64,000 nucleotides of DNA from Eubacteriaceae bacterium (GCA_049366695.1 JBMNCR010000089.1:14358-78357), one strand, 5' to 3'; shown: positions 10,579 to 20,705, counted from the first letter of the stretch. The notes: a model not told the origin generated them from the sequence alone. Numbers and translations are program-made.

Positions 10579-11424
10579 TTGAAAGAAGCAATGTTCTATG
10601 AAAAACAAGATGATTATTGTCAATGCAATCTTTGTCCACATTACTGCAAACTTCACAATGGGCAAACTGGGCGTTGCAATGTAAGACAAGTAAAAGACAA
10701 CAAACTATATAGTTTAAACTATGGCAAACTTACTGCAGTGCAAATTGATCCTATTGAAAAAAAGCCTATTCGTGGCTGGATGAAAGGAAGTAAAGTTTTA
10801 TCAATAGGTAGCTATGGGTGTAATCTTCATTGTTCATTTTGTCAGAATTATGAGATTAGTCTAGAAAAACCAAAAACAATAGAGGTTTTGCCGGGAGAAA
10901 TAATAGACAAAGCTATTTATTACAAGGTTCCATCCATTGCATATACTTATAATGAACCAACTGTTTTCTATGAAATGATGTTTGATACTGCGAAGCTAGC
11001 ACTTGTTAATGGTATTAATAATGTTATAGTAACAAATGGATTTATTAATGATAAACCTTTATTAAAAATAATAGATTATATAGATGCTATGAATATTGAT
11101 ATAAAAACATATAGTGATAAAATCTATAAAAACCTTGGTGCTAATACAGTAAGAAATATATTAAATACAATAGATATTGTATCAAAAAGATGTCATGTAG
11201 AAGTTACTATTTTGATTGTACCTGGTATAAGTGATAGCATTAATGATATTGAATTATTATTAGAAAAATTAGCAAAAATAAATGACAATATAATATTACA
11301 TATTTCAAGATATTTTCCTCGATATCAACATTATGAACCAGCTACAGATATTGGTGTGATGATGGAAATACAAAGAAAAGCTTTAAAACACTTTAAGCAT
11401 GTATATTTAGGAAATGTGAGGTAA
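10579..11424 (+). CDS. AmmeMemoRadiSam system radical SAM enzyme
   Basis: GCNLHCSFCQNYE CxxxCxxC motif and an N-terminal Cys-rich CQCNLCPHYC...GRC segment. It lies directly upstream of an AMMECR1 fusion gene. Confidence 0.8.
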   Translation: MKEAMFYEKQDDYCQCNLCPHYCKLHNGQTGRCNVRQVKDNKLYSLNYGKLTAVQIDPIEKKPIRGWMKGSKVLSIGSYGCNLHCSFCQNYEISLEKPKTIEVLPGEIIDKAIYYKVPSIAYTYNEPTVFYEMMFDTAKLALVNGINNVIVTNGFINDKPLLKIIDYIDAMNIDIKTYSDKIYKNLGANTVRNILNTIDIVSKRCHVEVTILIVPGISDSINDIELLLEKLAKINDNIILHISRYFPRYQHYEPATDIGVMMEIQRKALKHFKHVYLGNVR

Positions 11425-11429
11425 TTATT

Positions 11430-12860
11430 ATGGCGGATTTATCTGTATTTTTTATGCCTCATCCACCTGTTATTATTCCTGAAATAGGTGGAGGGCAAGA
11501 AAATAGAGTGATAAAAACAATTCAAGGTATGCACAAATTAGGAAAGCTTGCAGGAAAAATCAAGCCCAAAACAATTATTTATGTTACACCCCATGGTAAT
11601 AATTTTAGCAATGGTACATGTATTCTTAATGAAAATGTATTAGATGGAAATTTCAGTGCTTATGGTCATCCAGATATTAAGTTAAGTAAAAAGGTAAATC
11701 AATTTCTATCAATGGAGATTTTTAATGCCTTTGAAAGAGCTGATAATATATCTGTTTTAATGGATAATAAATTAGCTAAAGAATATGGAGTACAAGTGTG
11801 TTTAGATAATGGCACTATGGTTCCCATGTATTATATTAATCAGTACTACAATGATTATGAAATGGTGCATATTGCTCCAGGTTTTACGTCATTAAGAGAG
11901 AATTATTATTTAGGTCAATTAATTCAAAGTGTTGCAAAAGAAATTGATGAATCGGTTTTATTAGTTTGTAGTGGAGATTTATCTCATGCTTTAATGGATG
12001 AAGGTCCATATGACTATCATCCTTCTGGAGATATTTTTGATAAAAAAATTCAGCAAGCTATTATTGATAGGGATCCTTTGTCATTAATTACAATGGATAA
12101 TGAAATAATTGAACAAGCAGGTCAATGCGGGTTAAGATCATTTTTAATTGGTTTTGGCTACGTTGATGGAGTAGGGTACGAATCAAAAGTAATAAGTTAT
12201 GAGGGACCATTTGGAGTTGGGTATTTAACTGGTTTTCTTAAGGAAAATATAAATAAAAAGAATCCTTCGTTGTTAAAAAAAATTGATGAATATGCTATAG
12301 ACATATATGAAAAGAAAAAATTACAAGAAGATGAATATATTAAATTAGCTCGAAAGAGCATAGAAACCTATGTAAAAACTTTCAAAAAACTAAATTTTGA
12401 AAAAGTTAAAGATGAATTTTCTGATGATTTTATAGAAGAAACTAAAGATGAAAAATCTGGTGTTTTTGTTTCAATTCATATTCAAGGAAATTTAAGGGGA
12501 TGTATCGGTACTATTTATCCCAGTCAAGATTCGTTAATTGAGGAAATTATTTATAATAGCATAAATGCTTGTAGTAACGATCCAAGATTTAATGCAGTGG
12601 AAGAATGGGAACTTCTTCAAATAGATATAAAAGTAGATGTGCTAGGAGAACCAGAATTCATACAATCTATAGAACAATTAGATATAGTTAAGTATGGTGT
12701 CATTGTTGAGAAAGGTTCTAAAAGCGGTCTTTTATTGCCAAATTTAGAAGGAATAAATTCTGTAGATGAGCAAATTGAAATCGCAATGAATAAAGCAAAT
12801 ATAAATAACAAAGAGGGTATGAAATTATATCGTTTTGAAGTAATAAGACATGAAAGGTGA
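11430..12860 (+). CDS. Fusion of a Memo/LigB-like (class III extradiol dioxygenase fold) domain and an AMMECR1 domain (AmmeMemoRadiSam proteins B plus A)
   Basis: N-terminus FFMPHPPVIIPEIGGG..VTPHG is LigB/Memo-like. The C-terminal GVFVSIHIQGNLRGCIGT...NDPRF is the AMMECR1 signature. Confidence 0.8.
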   Translation: MADLSVFFMPHPPVIIPEIGGGQENRVIKTIQGMHKLGKLAGKIKPKTIIYVTPHGNNFSNGTCILNENVLDGNFSAYGHPDIKLSKKVNQFLSMEIFNAFERADNISVLMDNKLAKEYGVQVCLDNGTMVPMYYINQYYNDYEMVHIAPGFTSLRENYYLGQLIQSVAKEIDESVLLVCSGDLSHALMDEGPYDYHPSGDIFDKKIQQAIIDRDPLSLITMDNEIIEQAGQCGLRSFLIGFGYVDGVGYESKVISYEGPFGVGYLTGFLKENINKKNPSLLKKIDEYAIDIYEKKKLQEDEYIKLARKSIETYVKTFKKLNFEKVKDEFSDDFIEETKDEKSGVFVSIHIQGNLRGCIGTIYPSQDSLIEEIIYNSINACSNDPRFNAVEEWELLQIDIKVDVLGEPEFIQSIEQLDIVKYGVIVEKGSKSGLLLPNLEGINSVDEQIEIAMNKANINNKEGMKLYRFEVIRHER

Positions 12861-12921
12861 TACTGATTTTAATGAAATTACATATTATGAATTAATTTAA
12901 TAATTTAAAATGAAAAAAAAC

Positions 12922-13065
12922 TTGCTATTAATTCAATAATTGTATATAATAATAAGAGTTGCATTTTTCAAATGAAAATATTTAACTTGTTTTAATTATT
13001 ATAGAGTTAAAAGTAATTATAATTAATAAAAAATATTTGCATTTTTGAAGAAAGTAATATATAAT
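12922..13065 (+). promoter_or_regulatory. Two tandem near-consensus sigma-A promoters ahead of the cold-shock gene
   Basis: TTGCTA-17-TATAAT (12922-12950) and TTGCAT-17-TATAAT (13037-13065). Both leave a long 5' UTR before the ATG at 13218. Confidence 0.5.
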
Positions 13066-13217
13066 ATAATAGCCTTAAATTATAAGTAAAATAATAATCA
13101 AATTAATAAATTAGAATTATCTTGCTCTTGAAATGCATTTATATATAATTTTAGTATTTTATTGATGAATTTACTTTACATATGATAAAAGGAAATAAAA
13201 TTCGGAGGTAAGATAAT

Positions 13218-13415
13218 ATGACTGGTACAGTTAAATGGTTTAATTCAGACAAAGGATTTGGTTTTATCACTACAGATGAAGGAAATGACGTTTTTGCTCA
13301 TTTTTCACAAATTCAAAAAGATGGTTTCAAATCTTTAGAAGAAGGCGAAAAAGTATCTTTTGATATCGTTCAAGGCGCTAAAGGTCCACAAGCTGAGAAC
13401 ATCGTAAGCTTATAA
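13218..13415 (+). CDS. Cold-shock protein, CspA family
   Basis: 65 aa with [15 protein letters not shown] (RNP1) and DVFAHFS (RNP2). Confidence 0.95.
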   Translation: MTGTVKWFNSDKGFGFITTDEGNDVFAHFSQIQKDGFKSLEEGEKVSFDIVQGAKGPQAENIVSL

Positions 13416-13431
13416 TAAAATTTGAATTATC

Positions 13432-13462
13432 AGACCTAAAGATCATATCTTTAGGTCTTTTT
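13432..13462 (+). terminator. Rho-independent terminator
   Basis: AGACCTAAAG / CTTTAGGTCT perfect stem followed by TTTTT. Confidence 0.8.
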
Positions 13463-13675
13463 AATGTTGTGAAACAAATAAGTAGTAGTATTCTTGTTGT
13501 CGTATTTATATGCCAGTATAAAGTGATATATTTTTGATAAAAAAAGTAAATTAGGATTATTTTGGCAGTTAACAATTTATCATACCATATCAAATACAAA
13601 ATTAACCATTGAATTTTTATTTAAAAGGTTTATAATTATGGTTTAGCATAAATTAGAAACAAAGGATGGTTAGTA

Positions 13676-14950
13676 ATGAGTTTTGATATTATATTTTCTT
13701 TAATAGTTTTCGTGGTAGTTCTGGCATTAATAATTAGTGAAAAAATCAATCGTACAGTTGCAGCAATTACAGGAGCTACATTAATTGTATTGTTTAAAAT
13801 ATTGACTCCTTCACAGGCAATTGATCTTATAGATTTTAATACTATAGGGGTATTAATTGGAATGATGATAATAGTAGCAATTGTAAAAGATACAGGTATA
13901 TTTGAATATTTAGCAATATATTCAGCAAAAAAAGTAAAAGGTGATCCATGGAAGATAATACTAATTTTCTGTATTATTACTGCAATTACTTCAGCATTAT
14001 TAGATAATGTAACAACGGTATTATTGATTGTACCTATGACTTTAGTAATTACAGATACTCTTGGTTTAGATCCGATACCATTTTTAATACCTGAAATAAT
14101 TGCTTCAAATATCGGTGGAACTGCTACTCTGATTGGAGATCCGCCAAATATTATGATAGGTAGTGCTGCTAATCTAAGTTTTGCTGATTTTGTATCTAAT
14201 CTACTACCAGTAGTCTTAATAATTTTCATAATTACATTTTTTATATTTAAAAAATTATATAATAATAAATTATACATAGAAGAATCAAAGATGGAAAAAA
14301 TCATGAAATTTGATGAAATAAAATCAATTAGTGATAAAAAGCTGCTTAATAAATCGATTTTTGTGATGTTTTTAGTAACTTTAGGATTCTTTTTTCATGA
14401 ACATCTAGGGTATCCTTCAGCTATCGTAGCACTTACTGGTGCAGCTATGTTATTGCTAATTAGTGGTAGTGATGTAGAAGAAGTTTTTAAAAATGTAGAA
14501 TGGCCTACAATCTTTTTCTTTACAGGGTTATTTATAATAGTGGGTTCTTTAGAAAAAGTAGGTATTATAAGTTTTATAGCAAAGAATATACTTGATTTTA
14601 CAGAAGGACATATTTTGATAACTGGAATTGTTATTTTATGGGGATCAGCAATACTATCTTCTTTTCTAGACAATATACCTTTTGTTGCAACTTTAATACC
14701 ATTAATTAATTCAATTGGACAACAAGGACACACTGATATTATGCCACTTTGGTGGGCTATTTCATTAGGAGCATGTCTTGGGGGGAATGGGACTTTAATA
14801 GGTGCATCTGCAAATGTTGTGGTTGCTGGTATAGTTGAAAGACATGGGTATAAATTATCCTTTAAGAAATACATGAAAACAGGTTTTCCAATGATGATAG
14901 TTTCTATCATAATATCAACAATATATCTAGTTATATTTTATTTAATATAA
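13676..14950 (+). CDS. ArsB/NhaD (citrate-transporter-like) superfamily anion permease
   Basis: 424 aa and highly hydrophobic. TLIGDPPNIMIG and GGNGTLIGASANVV repeats are typical of this permease superfamily. Confidence 0.75.
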   Translation: MSFDIIFSLIVFVVVLALIISEKINRTVAAITGATLIVLFKILTPSQAIDLIDFNTIGVLIGMMIIVAIVKDTGIFEYLAIYSAKKVKGDPWKIILIFCIITAITSALLDNVTTVLLIVPMTLVITDTLGLDPIPFLIPEIIASNIGGTATLIGDPPNIMIGSAANLSFADFVSNLLPVVLIIFIITFFIFKKLYNNKLYIEESKMEKIMKFDEIKSISDKKLLNKSIFVMFLVTLGFFFHEHLGYPSAIVALTGAAMLLLISGSDVEEVFKNVEWPTIFFFTGLFIIVGSLEKVGIISFIAKNILDFTEGHILITGIVILWGSAILSSFLDNIPFVATLIPLINSIGQQGHTDIMPLWWAISLGACLGGNGTLIGASANVVVAGIVERHGYKLSFKKYMKTGFPMMIVSIIISTIYLVIFYLI

Positions 14951-14965
14951 ATTGGAGGGAAGATT

Positions 14966-15418
14966 ATGAAATATAATACAGCGGAACAAGATAGAGCAGT
15001 AATTATTTTTCGACAAATGGGTGCAAAAGTAAAAACTATAAATGGTGTACAGTGTTATATTAGATTTTATTTAGATAATAAACTAGAATTATATTATGTT
15101 TATAATGTTACTAAGGATGGTGAATTATACTTACAAAGAATAAAACCATATCCCTTTGGAGCGGGAGTGTTTATGTCACATAATGATATAATTGAATTTA
15201 TTAGTAATGATATAAAAAAATTTAAAAATGCATCTAACAGCAAAGTTTTTGAAATATTTATAAAAAATAATAAGAAGATAAATGATTTGATTCAAAGCGT
15301 CGAAAGTTTATTTTTAGAAAATAATGTACCAAAGGAACAAATGGAAGTGCTATCAAAGATGCTAGAAGATGTTGATAATAAAATTGTTGAGTTGTTGGAA
15401 ACTACTCCAAAGATATAA
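14966..15418 (+). CDS. Hypothetical protein
   Basis: 150-aa ORF with an RBS (GGAGGGAAG), 15 nt after the permease gene. No motif recognised. Confidence 0.5.
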   Translation: MKYNTAEQDRAVIIFRQMGAKVKTINGVQCYIRFYLDNKLELYYVYNVTKDGELYLQRIKPYPFGAGVFMSHNDIIEFISNDIKKFKNASNSKVFEIFIKNNKKINDLIQSVESLFLENNVPKEQMEVLSKMLEDVDNKIVELLETTPKI

Positions 15419-15702
15419 AATAGAATAAAAATACATGCTCATTTTTTGTTAAGAAATTTATCTCTAATAAAAACTGATGTATTATTTAATCTCTAATGTA
15501 TATTTAATAATATATTAATTTTAATATAATTTAAAAATATTATAATTGGAAAAATTATATTAATGTATCAAAGAATAGTAATTAAAGTTTTACATGAAGT
15601 AAAAAACCTTGTAGTATAATAAGGTAAGTAACTATTAAAGTATTACTTTAATCCGTTAGTATCAAAATATAAATTTATTATTTGAATGGAGGTATTTATT
15701 AA

Positions 15703-16269
15703 ATGAAAAAGTCTACTATGATTGTCATTGGAATAATTGCGGTTATTTTAATATTAGTTATAGGCAGCTACAACGGTTTAGTTGATAAAGAAGAAAGTGT
15801 TAATACGGCTCTCAGTCAAATCGATAATCAATTACAAAGAAGGAATGATTTAATTCCGAATTTAGTTGAAACAGTAAAAAGGTATGCAGCACAAGAAGAA
15901 GAAATTTTCACTCAAGTTGCTGAAGCAAGGTCTAAATTAGCTGGTGCAGGTTCAGTTGTAGAGCAAGCAGAAGGAGATGCTGAATTAACAGGAGCTCTTA
16001 GCCGTTTGTTAGCTATTGCTGAGAATTATCCTGAACTAAAATCAAATGAAAATTTTATACAATTGCAAGATGAATTAGCTGGAACTGAAAATAGGATAGC
16101 TACTGCTAGAAAAGATTATAATGATATTGCCAAAAGTTATAATTCAAGGATTAGAAAATTTCCTACTAATATTTTTGCTAATATTTTTGGATTTGATAAA
16201 GTTGATTATTTTACAGCATCAGAAGAAGCAAAGGAGAATCCTGATGTAGGTGACTTATTTGATGAATAA
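15703..16269 (+). CDS. LemA family protein
   Basis: N-terminal TM helix, then YNGLV...QLQRRNDLIPNLVETVKRYA...YNSRIRKFPTNIFA, typical of LemA. Confidence 0.85.
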   Translation: MKKSTMIVIGIIAVILILVIGSYNGLVDKEESVNTALSQIDNQLQRRNDLIPNLVETVKRYAAQEEEIFTQVAEARSKLAGAGSVVEQAEGDAELTGALSRLLAIAENYPELKSNENFIQLQDELAGTENRIATARKDYNDIAKSYNSRIRKFPTNIFANIFGFDKVDYFTASEEAKENPDVGDLFDE

Positions 16270-17035
16270 ACTTAAAAAGAGAAGTGTCATATTTTTTGGG
16301 GTGATGCTTCTTTTAGTAGCATTATTTTCTACAGTAACTGCTGCTAGTGAATATCCTACACCAACCTCGGTATTTTATGTAAATGATTTTGCTAATGTCA
16401 TAGATATTGAAACTGAAAAAACAATTATAGCATCAGCTGGTAGGCTTGAAGAATTGACATCAGCTCAAGTTGTTGTAGTTACAATGAATGATATCAGCGA
16501 TGATAGTTTAGAAGAATATTCCCTTGAACTTTTTCGAGAATGGGGAATAGGTGATGAAGAAAAAAACAATGGTGTGTTAATATTTTTAGATCTAGGAGGA
16601 GGCCAATCTCGAATTGATGTTGGATATGGTTTGGAGGGCATACTTCCAGATGGCAAAACGGGAAGGTTCCAAGATACAGAAATGTTACCCTATTATAATG
16701 AAGGAAACTTCTCGCAAGGGATTTTAAATGGGTTTAATGCCATTGTAAATGAGGTATATAAGGAGTATGGATTAGAGGAAGAATATTTAGGAAATGGACC
16801 TGTTTTAGTTGAATCGACTGATGAGGCGTCTGATGAAGAATCCATACCGCCGATTTTTATTATTATTGGAATTGTGATTTTAATACCTCTTATAATTCTA
16901 GATTTTAAATTTACTGGTGGAATGATCACATATGCAATTATTAGGTCAATAGGTAGAGGTGGATCTGGCGGAGGATCAGGACGATCAGGCGGTGGAGGTA
17001 GCGCTGGCGGCGGCGGTAGCTCTAGGAGGTTTTAA
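16262..17035 (+). CDS. TPM-domain (YgcG-like) membrane protein with a Gly-rich tail
   Basis: Signal peptide, TPM core (VNDFANVI...AQVVVVTM...NGVLIFL...IDVGYGLEG), a TM helix and a GGSGGGSGRSGGGGSAGGGGS tail. The ATG at 16262 overlaps the LemA stop. Confidence 0.8.
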   Translation: MNKLKKRSVIFFGVMLLLVALFSTVTAASEYPTPTSVFYVNDFANVIDIETEKTIIASAGRLEELTSAQVVVVTMNDISDDSLEEYSLELFREWGIGDEEKNNGVLIFLDLGGGQSRIDVGYGLEGILPDGKTGRFQDTEMLPYYNEGNFSQGILNGFNAIVNEVYKEYGLEEEYLGNGPVLVESTDEASDEESIPPIFIIIGIVILIPLIILDFKFTGGMITYAIIRSIGRGGSGGGSGRSGGGGSAGGGGSSRRF

Positions 17036-17152
17036 GGGGTCATATATTTGACCCTTTATTTGCATATAATTTTTAATACTCGGAAATAGTTTAGTTTTAA
17101 ATAACTGTATATATTATCATATGATCATAGTTAATTTGAAGAAATATGTAAT

Positions 17153-18178
17153 TTAATTTATCTGCTTAATATCTTTGTTTTTCACAATGCAATTTCCCTT
17201 TATTGATTTACAAATTTTTTTTACTTTAGCTGCACATTCACCTATTTCTCTAGGTGAACTAAACTTATTATAAGTTATTTCTACCATCGCAATTGAAAGA
17301 GTAGTAGAAATGAATACATCTTTATCAATATCACAATATTTCTGTAAATATGTATTTTTATCTTCTTTAAATATCTGTAGTATTTTTTGGGCTAACTGAA
17401 GAGCGATTTTTTCTTCTGCGATTACAATATAATCATCACCTCCTACGTGACCAGTGAAAACATACTTGTTAGGATATTCGTTTGCTGATTTTTGTATACA
17501 TTGTGCTACTAAACAAATAAATTCATCACCTTTTATTGTTCCGTATTGATCGTTAAATAACTTAAATCTATCAATGTCTATATAGAGGAGTGTATGATTC
17601 TTCTCGTATTTAATTATATCAGCTAAAAGGTTGTGTATTGCCGTATTGCCAGGCAATTTCGTGAGAGGATTTGTGTTTTTTGCAAGCTCTATTTGCAAAT
17701 TAATAAATTTGTTTAAAAGATTATTAATAGATACAACACCATAGTAATTGCCGTTTTTTTCTATTACAATGCTATTGTATAATTTATCTGCTTTTCTCGA
17801 CATAGCTAAATTGGCTACGTCAATAATATCTGAGTAATAATTTGCAATAAGTGGATCATTATCCATTACTAAAGACACAGGTCGGTTCATAAATACTTCA
17901 TAACCATATTTTGACGAAATTATAGAATGAAAGTTATTCCTTGAGATTAATCCCTTAATATGATTATTTTCTACAACAGGTACACTATAAAGAGTAGTAT
18001 CGTCGCGAAATAGTGAATCAACTACTGAAGATTTTTCATCTGAAGAAACGGGTATATATTTAATTGCAATATCACCTATATGACAGGTTATATAGGCAAC
18101 ATTATGATTTTTATTGTCACGGTTAATTGTACTCTGTTTAATATTCGTAAATACTTCACCTATCCTTTCTTTAATTTT
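17153..18178 (-). CDS. CBS-pair plus degenerate GGDEF-domain protein (motif GGDDY); start codon unclear
   Basis: The track ORF starts at 17890, but the frame stays open to 18178 and encodes a first CBS motif (LYSVPVVENNHIKGLISRNNF). There is no ATG, GTG or TTG in that extension. Confidence 0.6.
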   Translation of the reverse strand, partial: KIKERIGEVFTNIKQSTINRDNKNHNVAYITCHIGDIAIKYIPVSSDEKSSVVDSLFRDDTTLYSVPVVENNHIKGLISRNNFHSIISSKYGYEVFMNRPVSLVMDNDPLIANYYSDIIDVANLAMSRKADKLYNSIVIEKNGNYYGVVSINNLLNKFINLQIELAKNTNPLTKLPGNTAIHNLLADIIKYEKNHTLLYIDIDRFKLFNDQYGTIKGDEFICLVAQCIQKSANEYPNKYVFTGHVGGDDYIVIAEEKIALQLAQKILQIFKEDKNTYLQKYCDIDKDVFISTTLSIAMVEITYNKFSSPREIGECAAKVKKICKSIKGNCIVKNKDIKQIN

Positions 18179-18656
18179 TTATTTAAGTACCAATTTAGAT
18201 GATGCTATTGAAGTAAAATTCATAACTAACTATTAATAAAATTTTTGCAATTCAAAATTGTATTATATATTTTATTTTAATTGTAACATGATTGTGTTAA
18301 ATATTCATTTAAGGTTGATTAATTTTATGTTAATATTTCAATGATTTTCACATTAGCTATGTTTCGTATTCAGTATAATATTTATTTTATAAATTATTAA
18401 AATAAAGTCATAGGATTCCTAAATAAAACGCTGTAATGCATATATAATTGCATATGTTTAGTTTAAATATTATTGAAATAAAATTTATTATTAAAGTTTT
18501 TTTAATAGTATTATTTAAATTCTATATAAATAAAATAAATTAACTAACACTAATGAGAGAACTTTAAGAGATTTAAATAGTTATAAATTTGACAATAAAT
18601 ACTAAGAGGTATACCATTAATTATAATAATCGATAAATAATTGGAGGCGAAATTTA

Positions 18657-20000
18657 ATGAAAAAAGTGGATTTATTAGTAATTGGTGGAAGTGCAGGTGG
18701 TATACTAAGTGCGAATACGGCAAGAAAAGTTTATAAAGACAAAAGCATAATGGTTATTCGTGATCAAAAAACAGTAATGGTTCCTTGTGGAATCCCGTAC
18801 ATATATGGGACATTATTTGAAACATCAAAGAATGTAATCCCTGATAAAGCTGTAACAGGAAATCAAGTAGACCTTCTAATTGATAGGGTGGAAACAATCA
18901 ATAAAGAAGAAAAATTTGTAAAAAGTGAAAAAAATGAAAAAATATATTATGAAAAATTAATTATTGCCACTGGATCACTTCCAGTTGTTCCACCAGTTCC
19001 TGGGAAAGATTTAGAAAATGTTTTTTCAGTATACAAAGATGAAGAGTATTTGGGTAATTTATTAGAAAAAATGAAAGATTTCAAAGATGTCGTTGTAATT
19101 GGTGGAGGATTTATTGGAGTAGAATTTTCTGAACAAATCAAGAAAAGTGGTAAAAATGTAACTTTACTTCAAAGAGGGGATAAATGCTTAAGAAGAAATT
19201 TTGACCCTGAACTTAGTGATGAAGCAGAGAGTTTATTAGAAGAAAATGGAGTAGTTGTAAAAACAAATTGTAAGATTAAGGAATTCATTGGCAACGTAAA
19301 AGTTGAAGGTGTAGTAATGCAAGATGGTGAAACAATAAAAACTGATGCCATAATACTTGGAGCGGGAGTAAGACCCAATTCTAAACTTGCTAGAGAAGCA
19401 GGACTAGAAGTAAAAGAAAATAACGCTATAATGGTTAATGAATATATGACAACTTCTGATCCAAGTATATTTGCAGTTGGCGATTGTGCTGAAAAGGTAT
19501 GTTTCTTTACTAGAAATAATGTTCCTATTTTATTAGCATCAACAGCTGCATTAGAAGCAAAAATTGCAGGATATAATGCTTTTAAAAATAAACTAACACG
19601 AACTAATAAAGGGACAATAAGCGCATTTTCTACAAAAATATATGGAAGGTCTTTTGCGTCTGCAGGTTTAACAGAAAAGCAAGCATTAGAGAATAATTTT
19701 GATATAGTAATTGGAAAATTTTCTGTAATGGATAAACATCCTGGTTGTCTTCCAAATGTAAGTAAAATTAATATTAAACTAATCTTTTCAAGTTATTCAG
19801 GTGTAATTATGGGAGGACAAATCTCAGGAGGAGACTCTATTGGTGAAATGATAAATGTTGTAAGCATTGCCATCCAACAAGGAATGACTGCTGCAGATTT
19901 AAATACATTCCAAGTAGCTACTCATCCCCTACTTACTGCTTCTCCAATTGCATATCCAATTAATGTGGCTGCAATGGATGCTGTTAGAAAGATGGAATAG
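18657..20000 (+). CDS. FAD-dependent pyridine nucleotide-disulfide oxidoreductase (NADH oxidase / CoA-disulfide reductase-like)
   Basis: VIGGSAGG and VVIGGGFIGVEF dinucleotide folds. The single redox-Cys context MVPCGIPYIYG resembles the Nox/CoADR family. Confidence 0.8.
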   Translation: MKKVDLLVIGGSAGGILSANTARKVYKDKSIMVIRDQKTVMVPCGIPYIYGTLFETSKNVIPDKAVTGNQVDLLIDRVETINKEEKFVKSEKNEKIYYEKLIIATGSLPVVPPVPGKDLENVFSVYKDEEYLGNLLEKMKDFKDVVVIGGGFIGVEFSEQIKKSGKNVTLLQRGDKCLRRNFDPELSDEAESLLEENGVVVKTNCKIKEFIGNVKVEGVVMQDGETIKTDAIILGAGVRPNSKLAREAGLEVKENNAIMVNEYMTTSDPSIFAVGDCAEKVCFFTRNNVPILLASTAALEAKIAGYNAFKNKLTRTNKGTISAFSTKIYGRSFASAGLTEKQALENNFDIVIGKFSVMDKHPGCLPNVSKINIKLIFSSYSGVIMGGQISGGDSIGEMINVVSIAIQQGMTAADLNTFQVATHPLLTASPIAYPINVAAMDAVRKME

Positions 20001-20377
20001 TTATCTTTACAATGGATTAGAAAACTATTTAAATTAACGCCTGTAAAAGACAATAACAATGTTTTTCTAGAGACAGAGTAAAATCTGTTTCTATTTTTAT
20101 AAAAAATATTGCACCATCTATAAATATATGAATAAATTTTTGAAAGATAAAAAAAGTTTGAATCTTTGCATTTAAGTCTTCGTTATTGTTCACGCGTATG
20201 GTGAATTATGCTTTGTTTCTTCGTTTCAGACACACCTTGAAGTTAAAGTTTTCTAAAAATCGGAGTTTTTTAAATTATGTAGTATCGTAAAGTTTGTAAA
20301 TATATCATTGAATACAATCATTTTTCTCGACGATTATATTATGTGTCAAAATTATATAAAAAAAGACATTTTTTAAT

Positions 20378-20392
20378 TGATATTAATTATCA
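20378..20392 (+). promoter_or_regulatory. Fur box (7-1-7) overlapping the feoAB promoter
   Basis: TGATATTAATTATCA differs from the Bacillus 7-1-7 consensus TGATAATNATTATCA at one position. A TATAAT -10 lies at 20400-20405. Confidence 0.6.
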
Positions 20393-20435
20393 GTTAGTAT
20401 ATAATATCACTAACAGATATTTTAGGAGGACAAAT

Positions 20436-20690
20436 ATGATAAATAGTGAAATGATTAAAAAAGATATATATACTACTGTATATGATTTATCCCCTGGAAA
20501 AAGTGGGGAAATTGTAGATATTGAGGCTGATGATACTTTAAAGCAGAGATTATTAAATATGGGGTTGACTCCTGGAACAACAATACATTTTGTAAGAACA
20601 GCGCCTTTAGGTGATCCGATAAATGTAAAGGTAAGAGGGTTTAATTTAGGAATAAGAAAAGAAACTGCTAAAAGAATTATCATTAAATAA
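20436..20690 (+). CDS. feoA: Ferrous iron transport protein A
   Basis: SH3-like FeoA pattern (LSPGKSGEIVDI...RLLNMGLTPGTTI). Start placed at the ATG at 20436 behind AGGAGG rather than the track start at 20343. Confidence 0.9.
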   Translation: MINSEMIKKDIYTTVYDLSPGKSGEIVDIEADDTLKQRLLNMGLTPGTTIHFVRTAPLGDPINVKVRGFNLGIRKETAKRIIIK

Positions 20691-20705
20691 AAGGGGGTGT
20701 GAACA

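Noticed and set aside
16960-17035. The GGSGGGSGRSGGGGSAGGGGS-coding repeat at the end of the TPM-domain gene, and the Asn/Glu/Asp-rich tract at 32220-32500, as possible tandem DNA repeats.
   Set aside because: These are low-complexity coding tails typical of these protein families, with no exact nucleotide periodicity.
20343-20435. Long N-terminal extensions suggested by the track for feoA (20343), nnr (37291), uvrC (23251), the HAD hydrolase (25109), degV (30772), the flavoenzyme (48331), GcvT paralog 1 (46721) and PucR paralog 3 (52099).
   Set aside because: Each extension lacks an RBS, overlaps an upstream gene or promoter, or encodes Ile/Lys/Leu-rich nonsense. An internal ATG with a strong RBS matches the conserved family N-terminus.
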